NCBI GenBank assembly: GCA_012295275.1
Contig: CM022671.1
Location: 2,914,001-2,978,000, forward strand
Origin: Chrysomallon squamiferum
Taxonomy: Eukaryota > Animalia > Mollusca
Direction: 5' to 3'
DNA length: 64,000 nucleotides
Positions 62,458 through 64,000 of this stretch are shown here, one piece after another. Made by a program: the position numbers and the translations under genes. Each line of letters opens with the position of its first letter. The stretch's first letter is position 1. The notes below the pieces were generated by a model. That model was not told the origin of the DNA, searched no databases, and saw only the letters and a program-made list of their open reading frames with translations.

Positions 62458-64000
62458 GTTTAAACTACTAAAAGACTAGTTTGTATCCACTAGAGAATAA
62501 TAACGCAAACAAGAATTGAATATGGGTAATTGTTTCATGTATCACATAAATTAACCATCAATGGCAAACAAATGTAATTTAATCGTAAGATTCTTACGAT
62601 ATAATGCAAATGAAAATAACGCTGATATACGTTTTGTAAACATATAAATCATTATTTTATTTTATTTTATTTGTTAAATATTTTATAAATGCTGATATCA
62701 GGATAACTGTCAGATTTGTCTATTGAAGAAACAAAATATGAAAACTGTTCATCGTATTTAACAACTCGTCTCAGTAACGGACATTTCTGTGGTCGTAAAT
62801 TCCCCGAGAAGAAAAATTCTAACTAAAGAAATATACCTTTGTTTACATACTGAATGGAGTTAAAATACATTTCTGTGCAGTGGTCGTAATTCCCCGAGAA
62901 GAAAGATTTCTATCTAAAGAAATATAACTTTGTTTATATACTGAATAGAGTTACAATAGATTTCTTGAGAATGCGAAAGTGATCACCACACATGGTCATT
63001 TGATAGCTGTCGTAGTAACTTTTAGATCACGCGAGTTTTCACGACTAATTAAATAAATAAAAAAGGAAGATATTTTGTATCTTATGAGTTGAAACAAGAT
63101 TATTAAAGTGGTTCCTTTAGTCGTGTTAAAACTGTCGTCTACTTTTTCATTTTATTTTACTTTTGTTTTTTCATTATTTCAAATGCACTATAATAATTGT
63201 TATTAAAAGAAAAAAAAAAAGTATTTCCTTTGTTTATATATTTATTTATTTAGTAGTGGTAATAGCTGTCGCGGTTGTTGATGTTGTTGTCGTTGTACTG
63301 TCTTAATGTTATCTTTTATCGAAACAGCCATTCATCATGATGCATTAAATAGAAATTTAATATATTTAGCACCATATACGTTTTTCTAACAATTCATGTA
63401 TATTGTGCATAAATGATTTTGTAAAAACCTTCGTTTAACCATTATCTTTAGAAACATGATTAACAAGGAAGACTGAAGTTTCTATTAAGCATAACATTAC
63501 ATAAATCAACTAAAAAACAGTGAGTACGATTATATAATTTATTAGTAACGTTAACAAAGTAATAAATATAAAAAAAATAAAAATAAAAATAAAACAGTTT
63601 TTACATCACGGAAATTAGATATAAGTGAAAAATAGATTAATAACAAAGCCTACTATGGAAAGAAAACTTGCCCATGCAAACAAAACCTACAAAGTTAAAA
63701 GTCTCTGTATTTCTTTGTCAACTTAGCACAGGTGATAATACTTCTACGCAGATTAAAGTAGTTTTTATTAACTATTACTCGGTAAAACAAAAAATGTACT
63801 AATGTTATTTCAAGTTGACTGATAATATAGATCAAACGGCTAAAAAGGCAGAAGGAAAATTGTATATAGTAATAGTATGATATAGACTTTTGGTAAGCAC
63901 TTTTGGCCAGGAAGAACGCCCTTCGATCTCTACCCCCATAAAAAATTAAAACAACCAAAGTTGGATAACAGATTTAAAGTTTGGTTTTATAATAGTTACA

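Overview
AT-rich, microsatellite-rich, intron-containing animal DNA, probably molluscan (inferred from composition only). (1) Plus strand, 24632-30602: a 4-exon gene with 8 near-identical 306-bp fibronectin type III (FN3) repeats, a 9th divergent FN3, a septin/AIG1-GIMAP-like GTPase domain, a Cys/His cluster and a coiled coil. It has no signal peptide and carries a 1-bp homopolymer frameshift near 25090. A truncated paralog lies at the window start (1-1076). (2) Minus strand, about 37035-51679: an intron-containing FANCD2 copy with at least five separate lesions (unprocessed pseudogene), cut by an assembly gap at 43160-43359. (3) Its putative promoter and first exon sit inside a ~7.65-kb tandem duplication (51712 to beyond 64000). 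(4) 1.1-24.5 kb and 54-64 kb are a shuffled mosaic of the same degenerate modules, with Mutator-like and Tigger/pogo remnants and a few GC-rich hairpins. All splice models were read by eye; no database search or folding program was run.
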